This document shows positions 1 to 12,674 of a stretch of 64,000 nt of DNA, in pieces. Each line of letters starts with the position of its first letter. The first letter of the stretch is position 1. The notes under the pieces were generated by a model. That model ran no database searches. It saw nothing but the letters and a program-made list of their open reading frames with translations, and had not been told where the DNA came from. Made by a program: the position numbers and the translations under genes. Source of the stretch: Lama glama (taxonomy: Eukaryota). The stretch is taken from positions 27,964,001 through 28,028,000 of the forward strand of contig CM052816.1 in assembly GCA_028534125.1 (NCBI GenBank), given 5' to 3'.

Positions 1-1039
1 GTTTCCTTCTACAAGTGAACTGTTAAATGAACTATGATACAACCATACCACACACTACTACTCAGCAATATAAAGTGAAGTATACCGATACAAATAACAT
101 CTTGAAAGGTCACCAGGGAAATAGTCTGGGTGGAAAATAGTCATTCTCCACAGACTATATTTATGTAACACTTTAGAAATTTATTAATTTTACATTTGCT
201 AAAAGCAATATATCAGGAGAGAAGATTAAAAGTCAAATTAAAACTTAAGTCCTATTTTACTGATGTAATGAAGTTTGCCTTGTCATTAAGTATGCCTAAG
301 AGCCTGAGAAGTACCAAAATATATTCAAAAGACTCATCTTGTATGCCTTTGGTAATATTAAAATGCATTTCAGGACACTTAATATATCATTTTATGTGTT
401 AAAAATCATGTCTTCTAAATGAAAACTACCCCAGCTTGAGAGAAATTTAGTTATTCATTCATTCTTCTGGGGTATTCGTTTTAGAAATCTAATTTAAATG
501 GATGTCTCAGACAATTAATTTCTTAAGCTTAATTTCTCCATACTTGAACTAACTGGCAATTATTAACCATATAACAAATATCATTTTACCACTAATATTA
601 CAAACAAAATATTCCTAACTAGATTTTTCTCCCTTTCTAGGCAAGACTAGAGGTTCCTCTTCATGTCAAAATTTCTTAGAGAGCTGAAAATTTATTTTCA
701 TGATATTCTTTTTCAAAATACCAAATTTTTCTTTCAAACATGTTTACTAAAACTGGTACAAAGTCTTAAATCTTAAATAGTATAATCTAAAAAAATATTT
801 AAAATATACAGACAGTAACTTGAATCTCAAGCCTCCATCTTCTTACATTATTAAATTCACATTTAACACATCACATTACCACAATTGACATTATACTTAA
901 AATAAAAATGTGTATATACTATTTATTTTGGTAAGAAATAATATTGTGTACTTAATATGTGCCAGGCTACATGACTGAGATGCATCATTGTTCTAAATTA
1001 AGCTGAGCTTATACTCTAGGGGTGAAAAAGAAAAGTCTG

Positions 1040-3680
1040 AATGTCATTTAAAAGACTTAGGATTAAAAGATGACAGACTAGGAAAACCCTGAGCTCTTCT
1101 CTCATAGGCACACCAAAATTACAACTATTTACAGCGTAACTATCTATGAGAATAACGTGAAGACTAGCAGAAAAGAAAAAAAAAAAGGACCCAAATCACT
1201 AAATCATAAATAAAAAAGATATTACAATTAACATCACAGAAATACAAGAGATCATAAAAGATCACTACTGACATTTATACACTAATAAAATAAACCACCT
1301 AAAAGATTTGGATAAATGCTAGAGATATATAGTCTTTAATAACTGAGTCAGGAAGAAATAAAAAATATCAATACACCAATTACCAGTAATGAAGTAGAAT
1401 CAGTAGTTAAAGAAAAAAACACTCCCAACAAACAAAAGTCCAGAGTTAGATAGCTTCACAGGTGAATGCTACCAAACATTTAAAGAATAAAGGATTGTTT
1501 CTTGTAATCTATTACAAAACATTGAAAAGGTAGCAACTCTTCCAAACTGATTCTATACGGCCAGCATTTCCCAGATACAAACCAGACAAATGCACCACAA
1601 AACAAGAGTTACAGGTCAATATCACTGGTGAACAAAGATGCAAAAGTTCTGAACAAAATACCAGCAAACCAAATTTACCCATACATTGAAAGAATCATAA
1701 ACCATGATAAACTGGATTTTATTCCAGAGATAATAAAGATGGTTCAATATTCACAAATCAATCAGTGCGATTCACCACAACAGAATAAATAAAAATAGTA
1801 AGATTATCTCAGTAGAGGCAGAGAAAGCTTTTGACAAAATTAAACATCTACTTATAATAAAAACTCTCAATAAAGGGCATACAGAGGGAACATATCTGAA
1901 CATAATAAAGGCCACACGTGACAAATCTACAGCCCAAATCACTCTCAGCAGTGAAAAGCTGAAGATATTTCCTATAAAATTAGGAATAAGACAACTTTAT
2001 TCAACATGGCCTTGCAAGTCCTAGACAAAGCAGTCAGACAGGAAAATGAAATAAAAGGAGTCCAAGTCTGAAAGTAGGAAGTAAAACTTTCTCTGTTTGC
2101 AGATGACATAACATTATATATGGAACTACATCAAACTAAAAAATCTTTTGTACAGTGAAGAAAACTATCCAGAAACAAAGAGGCCATCTACTGAATGGCA
2201 GAAGGTATCTGCAGACAATATACCTAATAAGGGCTAAATGTCCATAATATACAAAGAGCCCATACAACTCAACATAAAACACAAACCACCTGATTTAAAA
2301 ATGGGCAGAGAAGCTGAACAGACATTTTTCCAAAGAAGACGTGCAGATAGCCAAAAGACACATGAAAAGATACTAAACATCACTATCACCAGGGAAATAC
2401 AAACCGAAATCGTGAGACATTACCACACACCTGTCAGAATGGCTGTTACCAAATAAAAACAAGATATAACAAATTTTGGCGAGTATGTTTGAAACTGGAA
2501 CATTACGCATCATTGGTGGGAATGTAAATTGGTGGAGCCACTGCAGAAAATGGTATGAAGTTTCCTCAAAAAGTTAAAAATAGAACTACCACACAATCAA
2601 GCAATTCCACTCCTGGGTATTTATTCAAAAAAAAACCAAAAACACTAACTTGAAAAAAATATACATAACCCTATATTCATTGCAGCATTATTTACAATAG
2701 CCAAGACATGGAAGCAACCAAAGCGCCCATCAATAGATAAATAGGTAAGAGAGATGCAGTCTGTTTGTGTGTGTGCGCGCGTATGTGAGTGTATGTGTGT
2801 AAATAAGAGCACACACAATGGGATATTACAATGCCATAAAAAAGTGAAATCTTGCATTTCTGGCAACATGGGTATAGATCTGTGTGTTATGGTAAGTAAA
2901 AGAAGTCAGACAGTGAAAGACAAATACTATGTGGTTTCACTTTTACATGGAATTTAAAAATCAAAAAATAAATAAATAAAATGAAAAAAAAAACCCCAAA
3001 CAAAACAGAAACTGAATCATATACAGAGAACAAAGAAGTGGTTGCTAGAAGGATGGAGAGTGGGGATATGAGAGAAATAGGTGAATGAAATCAAGAGGTA
3101 TAAACTAGTTACAAAATAAGTGAGTAAGGGTGTGAAATGTACACAGTAGGGAATATAGTCAATAATAATGTAATATCTCTGAATGGTAATATATGGTAAC
3201 TAGACATACTGTTGTGATCATTTTGTAATGCACAGAAATATCAAATGAGTATACTGTAGGAAGTGTCGTAGGTCAGTTATATTTCAGAAAGGAACAAGCT
3301 CATAGAAAAAGAGATCAGATTTGTGGTTACCAGTGGAGGGGGTTGTGGGAAGGAGACAGTGAATGAAGGCAGTCAAAAGTTACAAGCTTTCAGTTGTAAG
3401 ATAAATAAGTACTAAGGATGTAAAGTAAAACATGACTAATATAATTAACACTGCTGTATGTTATACACGATAGTTGTTAAGAGACTAAATCCCAAGAGTC
3501 CTCATCCCAAGTATTTTTTTTTCTTTTATTTTTCTATCTATAGGAGATGAAAGTTGTTCACTAAGCTTATTGTGGCAATCATTTCATGATGTATGTAAGT
3601 CAAATCATTACTATGTACACATTACACTTATACAATACTTTGTGTCAATTATATCTCAGTAAAACTGGAAAAGAAAAAAT
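1040..3680 (+). mobile_element. Internally deleted L1 (5'UTR start + part of ORF2 + 3'UTR), laurasiatherian type
   Basis: L1 5'-start-like AAGATGACAGACTAGGAAAACCCTGAGCTC at ~1067. Decayed ORF2 from ~1180, with RT motif TTTGCAGATGACATA (FADDI) at 2096-2110. ORF2 C-terminal-like peptide in ORF 2238-2456 (HYHTPVRMAVTK). 3'UTR ends in TCAATTATATCTCAGTAAAACTGGAAAAGAAAAAA. Confidence 0.9.
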
Positions 3681-4240
3681 ATTTAAATATTAAAAATAGT
3701 GGATTTAATTTAGATAGAAATACTGATAGAGTCTTAGAATTTTGCACTTTATATAAACTTATAGAAACAGAAAAATATCAATTAAGAAAAAATATTTTAT
3801 TTATCAGAAAATAATCAATTAATGTTTAGCTTCCTAACTTTGCTTTATCACCTGCATCCAATCAGTATTAAAAATACCCTAGGGCAATATTTGATAAATT
3901 CTTAAATTACAATATTCATTTAAATTCATCACAAATGTTTCTTAAAGTCTAAGCAAATCAAAGAAATATGATTAATAGTTAATCTAAGTAATAATTTTAT
4001 TAAAATATAAATAACTGAATTTCATACTATTCAATTTTGTGTTCAAAATTAATTTATATTTCATGAAAAGCAAAAAGATCTATATAGGTATCAACTACTA
4101 AATGTATATTATATAGAGTTTTTATATATGTGATGAAAATATGGGTGACACCTTAGGACACATGTCAGAGAAAAGTGATTTTTAAGATAAATCAATGTAA
4201 ATAATGAAAATAATGATTTCATATTGAATATCATATTTCA

Positions 4241-4340
4241 TCTTTTTTAGTGAATTAGAGTAAAAATTTCTTTGGATATACTCATTTTCATCTTTTTCAG
4301 TGAATTAGAGTAGAAATTTCTTTGGATATTCTCATTTTCA
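4241..4340. repeat. Tandem duplication, 2 x 50 bp
   Basis: 4241-4290 and 4291-4340 differ at 3 positions. TTTCA precedes copy 1 and ends both copies. Confidence 0.95.
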
Positions 4341-4673
4341 AAAACAATTTGTTTTTTTCCCCAATTTTTATTAAGTATTCAAATTTTCAAGTTTTGTTGA
4401 AAAATTAAAGCTACATGAAAAATACATCAAAAATTTAAACACTGCACATCATTTCATCTAACAAATGTCTTCTAAACCTTATTTAATGAAATATGTATAA
4501 AATTTAGCTCCATAGATATTTAAAAATACACAAGAATTTTAACTTCTCAAAAGCTGAGTTTTACTTAAAATAAGTTAGGTACAAACACAGAGTAAAGCAT
4601 ATGCAGTCATTAAGACTTTAGGTATATAGATTTTTAAAACATGGAAAATTTCTGATTATTTAAATTGCAACTA

Positions 4674-5247
4674 TTTTTTTCAGGTTTGATATTTTGATTC
4701 AGAGGATGATTAAATAATAGAATGAAGCATTTTTAGCATTAAGAAATCCAACGTTTAAAATCTTTCTTCCTTGCAATTCTGTTCATTACAATTTTATAAT
4801 CCTAAAGAGATTCTTTCATTTGAAGTATTTCATGCATTCAGGTATTTTGCATGATGTCTGATTTGATCAGTAACAAAGGCTGCAATGATCATAACCCTCT
4901 TGCAATCTAAAAACAACATGGGTTTTCTTTACTGTACAGGCAACTATGATGTTATAAGGTAGTAACTGTCCATCTCAAAGAACTGGTCATCTTTTCCTTG
5001 ATCAATTGGTATATCTAGCTGAGAAAGCCTTCCATTTAGTTTGATCTGTTCCCAAATATCCACTAAAGGCTTTTTGTCCAAAGGAAAGAGCACTGAGTTA
5101 CAAATTGGAGCAAATACTGACACAGATTTATATTTTCCAGAGTTCTTCAAAGCACAAATCAGAGCTCCATGGCTTCCCATGGAGTGGCCAAAAATAAACA
5201 TCCTTTAGGGGGTCTATTGAAAAACTGACATTTAAGAGTTGGGGAAG
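4674..5247 (-). pseudogene. ESD: Processed pseudogene of esterase D / S-formylglutathione hydrolase, 5'-truncated
   Basis: Minus-strand translation across frames gives [65 protein letters not shown] and RHHAKYLNA*, with the stop at 4830-4832. This matches the ESD C-terminal half, including the GHSMG nucleophile motif. It is intronless, has several frameshifts and two deletions, and is followed by an ESD-like 3'UTR ending in a short A-tract (T-run 4674-4680). Confidence 0.95.
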
Positions 5248-5249
5248 AG

Positions 5250-5970
5250 ATATTCATGTTAAGTTTTTATAGTAATATAGGGATAGAAAGAAATTACTTC
5301 TGCCTTATAATAAGATCTGTAAAAAATGCAAATAAATCATACTTAATATGGAACAGTTAAATATTTTCCTGAAAAGACTGGGATGGCAGGGACAACTATT
5401 CTCACCATTTTTACTCAGCATTCCACTGTAAGTCTTAGGGCAAGCAGGAAAAAAAATAAAATGCATAAAAATTGGAAGGAAGAAAATAATTTTCTTCTCA
5501 GAAGACTTGATTATATCAAACATTATTAACGAATCTATAAAAATCCACTAGGATTAAAAGGAAAGCAGTCTACTTGGACTGATAGGTGAATTCAGCAAGA
5601 CCAGAAGTTGATCAACATCAACTTTCAAAAACACAGTATTATTTCTGTATACAAGCCACAAACAACCAGAAAGTGAAATTAAACAATTTACAGCAACACC
5701 ATAAATACACTGCAGAATAAATTAAGCAGAATTTATGCAGGACTTCTACAGTTAAAATTCTAAAATAGCTCTGAGATTAAAAAAGAACTAAAGAAATGAA
5801 GAGATGCATTGTTCATAAGTGGAAAAACTCAAAACTACTATATACAAAGTGATATAAAGTTTCCATGGAATTCTTACAAAAATTCCAGAAGGCATTTCAA
5901 AGTAACAAGTTGCTTCTAAAACACATTCAAAGGAATTAAAGTACCGATAATGCCCAATATACTATTGGAG
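5250..5970 (+). mobile_element. Old L1M ORF2 fragment
   Basis: Highly decayed L1 ORF2-like segments (AAATCATACTTAAT, GAATTCAGCAAG, GAAAGTGAAATTAAAC). Confidence 0.65.
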
Positions 5971-5972
5971 GA

Positions 5973-6715
5973 TGTTTTAGTTACCTATTTCTGCCTAATA
6001 AACCATGTCAAAATGATGTGATTTGAACAACAGCTTTTTTTTTTTTTTTTAAATTTCTCAAGCCCCGTGGGATGACTGGGCTAATCTAAGCAGTTCTCAT
6101 TTGGGAATCTCTCATCAAGTTATAACAGGTGGTGGCTTGGGTTCAGGTCATCTTAAGACTTAATCCAAGATAGCTCCTTTACTCCCATGTTTGTTATTAC
6201 AGTTGGCATCCTGAAGCATCTGTGACTGGCTGACCACCTCAGGGTAGTTTCTTCGCATTACCTCTCCATGTAACTAGCTTGAGCTTTCTTATGCCATGGT
6301 AGTTCCTGAATAGACTTCTTCCACGGCAGCTCACTTTATCCAAAACAAGTGACCAAAAGAGTAGTGTGGAAAATGTAAGATTTCTTCGGACCTAGCCTCA
6401 GAAGTTCTACAGTATTATTTTTCTCAGACTCACTGATTATGGAAGGGTAGCCCAGATTCAATAAGGGAAAGACTATATACTAGAGTTTAAATGCCAGGAA
6501 GTAATGTTCTCTTGGTGATAACCTTGAAGTCTAGCTAACAGTTTCCCCTCTGGCCCTGAATAAGACATATCCCTTCATATTAAAAACATACACATCCCCT
6601 TCAAAAACTTCCCAAATTTACTGCAATATGAGATTTATGCTTGAAGTCCACAGTATTACCATATAAATCAGGTTTGGGGTGGATGAGGTTTCTCAAGGAT
6701 TGTTATCTGAGTATA
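5973..6715 (-). mobile_element. MaLR MLT1 LTR (5973-6540) plus adjacent internal sequence
   Basis: TG start with TGTTTTAGTTACCTATTTCTGCCTAATAAACCATG, typical of antisense MLT1. Ends CTAGCTAACA, followed by pyrimidine-rich internal sequence. Confidence 0.75.
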
Positions 6716-6723
6716 TATATTCA

Positions 6724-8358
6724 AGACCAGTATCAAGGAGCATTTTCCCCACGTTTTCTTTTACGGTTTCAGGTCTTCATTTAAGTCATTTTCCATTCTT
6801 TTGCATGTGATATCCAGTTTTTCCAGCATTATTACTGAAGACATTCTTTCTCAGTTGTGTGTCCTTGGCACTGTTGTCAAAGATTATTGACCATATGTGC
6901 AAGAGCTTATTTCTGGGCTCTCTATTCTGTTCCATTGGTCTACATGTCTGTTTTTATGCCACTACCATACTGTTTTGATAACTGTAGTTTTATAATATAG
7001 TTTGAAAGCAAGAAATGTGATGCTTCCAGTTTTGTTATTCTTTCTCAAGATTGCTTTGGAATTTGGGATGTTTTGTGGTTCTGTATGGATTTTAGAATTG
7101 TTTTTACTATTTCTTGTGAAAAATGACAACTGAATTTTGGTAAATAATGCACTGAATCTGTGATTTGCTTTAAGTGTTATGGACATATTAACAACATTAT
7201 TTCTTCCAATCCATGAACACAGGCTATCTTTCCATTTATTGTTATCTTCTGCAATTTCATCAGTGTCTTACAGTTTTTAGTGTACAGATACTTCACTTAC
7301 TTGGTTAAATCTTGCTAAGGATCTGTTAGTATATACTCAATATGTGTAGGGCCCTAATTTGGGTGCATACATATGAAATTTATTTAGTCATTTGGATGAA
7401 TTAACTTATTTTTATCTCTTGTTACAATTTTTGACTTAAAGTCATTTTGTCTAATTAAGTATAGCTATCCTTTTTCTGTTTGTTTCCATTTGTATGGAAT
7501 ACTTTCTTTCATTCCTCCTCTTTGAGCTTTTGTGTGTCCTTAAAGCTGAAGTTAGTCTCTTACAGGCAACATATAGTTATTTTTTTAATCCACTCAGCCA
7601 CTTTCTGTGTTTTGATTAGAGAACCTAATCTATTTACATTTAAAGTAATTATTGATATATAGAGACATAGTGATGCCATCTTAGAATTTGTTTTCTTGCT
7701 GTTTTGTAGTTCTGTATTTATTTTTAATCTCTTACTGTCTTCCTTTGTGAAATGATGACTTTCTGTAGTGGTGTGCTTTAATTCCCTTCTCTTTTTCTCT
7801 TTTGTATCTAGTAGAGATTTTTTGTTTTGTTGTTATCATGAGACACACCTAAATCACCTTATTAACAGTTATTTTTAAGCTAGTAACAACTTAAGTCACA
7901 TACTCTACCCTTTTACTCCTCCCTTCAAATTTTATGTTTCTAACATCATAATTTACCTCTTCCCTTATTGTAATATTAATAAATTATTGAACCTAGTTAT
8001 TTTTAATACTTTTCCCTTTAAACATTACCAGAGTTAAGGGAATAACACATTATCTCCTTACAATACTTGGGTATTTTGCATTTGATTACAAGCTCACCTT
8101 TATTAGTGAGTTTTATATTTTCATGTAATTTCATGTTACTAGTTAGCATCTTTTCTTTTCAGCTTGAAGAACTCCCTTTAGCATTTCTTATAAGGCAGGT
8201 CTAATGGTGGTAAATTCCTTCAGCATTTTTGTTTAGTCTGGGAATGTCTTTATTTCTTCTTTAATATAAAAGATAAGATCTTAAAGGAAATATGAAAGAT
8301 AGCCTTGCCAGGTATTCTCAGTTGGCATTTTATTCTTTCAGCACTTTGAACATATTGA
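6724..8358 (-). mobile_element. L1 fragments (ORF2 3' part joined to ORF2 start/inter-ORF/ORF1 end)
   Basis: ORF 6962-7186(-) resembles L1 ORF2 (KAILRKNNKTGSIT..FKLYYKTTVIKTVW). Junction near 7310 to endonuclease-start and ORF1-end-like antisense sequence. Confidence 0.85.
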
Positions 8359-9301
8359 AGAGCTTACTGTCCCTTTCTGAATGAGCTCACAGTTCATAGT
8401 AAAACATTTTTAGTTTAAAATAACAGTTCTATTCATGAAAAACTGATTGCTATAGAAACAGTCCTCTCTCAGTAAACAACTAGAAAACTGGAAAAAACTA
8501 TAAAACGATGTTCTAGACATTGCATAACAGATTCTTGAGAAAAGGACTGCAGTAGCTTACTATCAGGGAGCAGTTTCTAGGATGCATCCTTAGGGTGAAG
8601 AAACAAAGATTTCACAGAGTTGAGGTATGAATTTGGGAGTACAGGAACATCTTTTGTTTCCTATGAACGTTTTATATGTAGTAATACAATCTACATTTGG
8701 ACCACATCAAAGATATAACAGATAATTGTGGGAATAATATCTCTTAAACTTTCTGGTGGTATTTTGTAATTTAAAAAATGTGGTTTTCATCTTAATTTTT
8801 AATGGCACAAAAATGCCTCCATAGACACAATTTAGATTTTTCCACAGTAAAAACAAGTCAGTATTATGGGAACAATTTATAAATGGTCAAAATACCTATG
8901 AGCTTAGAATCCACCTCTCAAAATATTCAGGTTGTGAACTATAAATATACTAACAATCTGCTTAAATATTTAACAAGCTATTGAAACATTTTAATGGATT
9001 TAAATACACTAGAAAAAAATACTTCAGAGTGTTTCAACCAGTTGAGCAATGAATACTTTTAAGTGTTACAGAGTAAGTTCCTTTTCATTGTTGCTTAAAG
9101 TTAACAAATCTGACTAGTTTTTCAACAGGACATGAAGCTATCTTTGTAATTAGAGTTGATCCAGATAATTATTTTTGATGAAGTGCTTGAAATCTTTCGT
9201 AAAGTTTAAATTTTAGAATTATAATGCAATCATGTTTGGTTATTAGGAATCAAAGAGTAAAATATATAATGCCACTTAATCCATTAATTAAATTCTTCAA
9301 C

Positions 9302-9490
9302 TGTGGTAGATTATTAGCAAAGATAGCCACAACAATCCATCTCATTCCTTTATCATACTCCTTTGTTATGCAACTTTTCATCTCCTTCTATCAAGCACAG
9401 AGCTGGGTTTTACATCGATCAATTCGGACTGGCCCTGTGACATTCTATGACAAACAGACTTTAACAAAAGATAAAGCTTTGTCAAAACAG
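9302..9490 (+). mobile_element. MLT1 LTR, 5' part (interrupted by L1)
   Basis: TGTGGTAGATTATTAGCAAAGATAGCCACAA start and GACTGGCCCTGTGAC, both MLT1F/G-like. Confidence 0.75.
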
Positions 9491-9556
9491 AGATCAAGAT
9501 CTATGACAAACAGACTTCAACAAAAGATAAAGCTTTGTCAAAACAGAGATCAAGAT
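9445..9556. repeat. Tandem duplication, 2 x 56 bp, spanning the LTR/L1 junction
   Basis: 9445-9500 and 9501-9556 are identical except for one T/C mismatch. Confidence 0.95.
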
Positions 9557-12500
9557 GGTGGAATAGGAGCACGGAAGACTCACGTTTGCCCAAGAACATA
9601 TCAGAATACATGTACATGTGGGTAAATTCTCACTGAAAAGGAGCTGAAGACTGGCAGAAAGACTCCTGTACAACCAAGACTATAAGAATGATCCATACAG
9701 AACCAGGCAGGAGGGGAGGAAAAACAATCAGGTCTGGGATGTGTGACTCTTCAGATGAAGAGGAGGGATTATATGGTAGAGGTCCTCACTGGACTTGAGC
9801 AGTTCCAACTACAGATTGGGTGCCCCAGCCATGGGGACTGACACCAGGAATGTAAGTCCCCACAGTTGTTTGGAGGGCCAGTGGGAATAATATGAGGTCT
9901 GTGTAAAGCCTGGACTCCGCTCATGAAGAGCACACATACATTTGCTTAATCCCGAAAGTGAACAGAGAGAGCAGAATTAAATTTCACAAGATGTTGGCAG
10001 TTTCCTGCAACTGCCCTGGAGCATGCCCCAGCCTGAGCTGAGGAAACACTCTAGATGCAATTACTTCACAACATTGCTCTAACTGGGGAGCTCAGACCCA
10101 CAGTGGCATCTGAGCAAGGGGAGAGGGACAATCATTACTGGCACCAATGGAGGCAGTGCATCAGAAGTAGTCCAGGTCTCTGAGATCAAGTTCATCCCAG
10201 CCTGCACCCAGACCCACACCAAATGCCTGTCTAGCTCCACTTGCTCCAGCACTGATCCCCTCTGGGGTGAGGGGGCCAGTGCTGGGAGAGGGGAGAGCAC
10301 ACACTTGAAGGGAATGGAGCTAGCTCAGACTCAATCCTCAGGGCTTCTGCTCCAGTAACTTCAGACCCATCACTACCTGCAATAGGGTGGTGCTGGCCAA
10401 AAAGCAGAGGAGACTCCTGGCTCACACCTGGCTCACACCTGGCTCTAGTCCTATTACATTCCATGCCCAGCCCCAACTCCTACCAAGGTGATAGCACACC
10501 CTAGGGAAAGATGTGACTCATGTTCATGTCAGATCCAGCTCACCCACCAAAGTCACTGGGCACACACAAGACTACATAGGGATGCTTCCACGCAAGAATA
10601 CCCCTTCAAGACTGCAATATATAAGTTTCACCTAATTTAGTAGACAGAGAAAGTTAAACAAATTGAGAAGGCAGAGGAATCTGTCTCAAAAAGAACAAGA
10701 AAAAAACCTGAAAAAAATAATAAAACAGAAATAAATAATTTACCAGAAAAGAGTTCAAAGCACTAGTAATAAGAAAGCTAACGGAATTAGGAAAAAGAAT
10801 AGATGAACATAGTGAAAAATTTAACAAGGAACTAGAAAATATAAGAAAGAAACAGTCAGAACTGAAGAATACCTAACTGAAGCAAAAACTAAAACAGTTC
10901 ATCTATACTAAACCTACCCTACAAGGAGTGTTAAGGGGTCTTCACTATGGAAAAGAAAAGGCCATAACAAGAAGTAAATGAAGAAAAGGAAAAATCCCAT
11001 AATAAAGGCAAACATATAGTAAAGCCTGAGGATCAATCACTCAAATAAGCTAGTACAAAGATTAAAAGACAAAAATTGTAAAATCATTTGTAACTAATAA
11101 TCAGTAAAGGGATTAACATGAAGATATAACATCAAAAACATAAAATGTAGGAGAGAGAAGTTAAGAAAGTAGATCTTTTAAAATGTGTTTGAACCTTAAT
11201 GATTACCTGTTTAAAACAATTGATATACGTCAACAAACATGAACTCCAATGGTGAGCACAAATCAAAAACCTACAAATACACAAAAACTGGAGAGAAAGG
11301 AACATAAGCATACTACTAAAGAAAAAAATCATCAGACCACAAGGGAAGGAACTGAAAGAAGAAATGAACAGATAAAAACTACAAAAGCAACCAGAAAAAA
11401 AGGTAGGAAAATGCCATTAAGTACATAACTATAAATAATTACTTTAAATGTCAATGTACTAAATGCATCAAGCAAAACACAGGTTGGATGACTGGATAAA
11501 AAATTAAAATCCATGTATATGGTGCCTACAATAGACTCACTTCAGAGCTAAAGAAATATAGAGGCTGAAAGGATGGAAAATAATATCTCATGCAAATAGA
11601 AACAAAAAGAAAGTGGAGGTAGAAATACTCATATCAGACAAAATAGAGCTTAAAACAAAATCTAATAAAAGACAAGGACATTGTATAATAAAGGGATCGA
11701 TACAAGAAGACAACATAATGCTCTTTAACATATAGACACCTAATACAAGAGTACCTAAATATATATAGCAAATATTAACAGACGTAAGGGGAGATATTAA
11801 CAGTAATACAATAATAGTAGGGGACTTTAATACTTCACTAACATCAATGGAGAGATCCTCAAGAAGATAATCAAAAAGGAAAGAGTGGTCTTAAATGACA
11901 CATTAGAGCAGCTGAACTTAATACATATCAACAAGAAATTCCATTAACAACTTTAGAATATGTATTCTTTGCAAATGCAATTAAATGTTCTCTAGGATAG
12001 ATCACACACTAGGGTAAAATACAAATCTCAACAAATTTAAGAGGACAAAATTTATATTAAGCTTTTCTTTGACCACAACAATATGAAACTGGCAATTACA
12101 TGAAGAAAAATGGGAAAAGCACAAACATGTGGCCACCAAACAACATGCTACTAAAAAACAGTTCGTCAATAAAGATATCAAAGTGGAAATCAGAAAATAC
12201 CTCAAGATAAAAAAAAAGAAAAAAAAAGGAAACACAACTTTCCAAAATCTATGGGATACAGCAAAAGCAGTTCTGGGAGGGAAGTTCATGTAGCAGAGAC
12301 CTTCCTCAAGAGACAAGAAAAATCTCAAATAAACAACTTGACCTATCACCTAAAAGAATTAAAAAAAAAAAAAAGAAGCACAAATAAAGCCCAAAGTCAG
12401 CAGAAGGAAGGAAATAATAAGGATCAGAGAGGAAATAAATAAAATAAAGACTAGAAAAAATGACAGAATAGATCAATGAAACAAAGAGCTTGTTATTTGA

Positions 12501-12572
12501 AAAGATAAATAAAATTGATAAACCTTTACCCAGACTCACCATGAAAAATAAATACAATAATAAATGGAAGAG

Positions 12573-12674
12573 GGAAAATGAATATATATATATATATATT
12601 CATGTATGACTGAAGAATTGTGCTGTACACCAGAAATTGACACAACATTGTAAATGGACTATAACTCAATAAAA
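12573..12674 (+). mobile_element. Short 5'-truncated young L1 3' tail inserted in older L1 ORF2
   Basis: Tail resembles 20190-20280 (GACTGAAGAATTGTGCTGTACACCAGAAATTGACACAACATTGTAAA), with AATAAA and an A-tail. Perfect TSD AAATGGAAGAG at 12562-12572 and 12675-12685. Confidence 0.9.

Noticed and set aside
4944..5201. 85-aa ORF as a functional esterase or real ESD exon
   Set aside because: It drifts in and out of the ESD frame, spans several exons without introns and carries deletions, so it is a pseudogene.
9224..9625. 133-aa ORF with an internal repeat
   Set aside because: It crosses an LTR, the 56-bp duplication and an L1 5'UTR; no protein similarity recognised.
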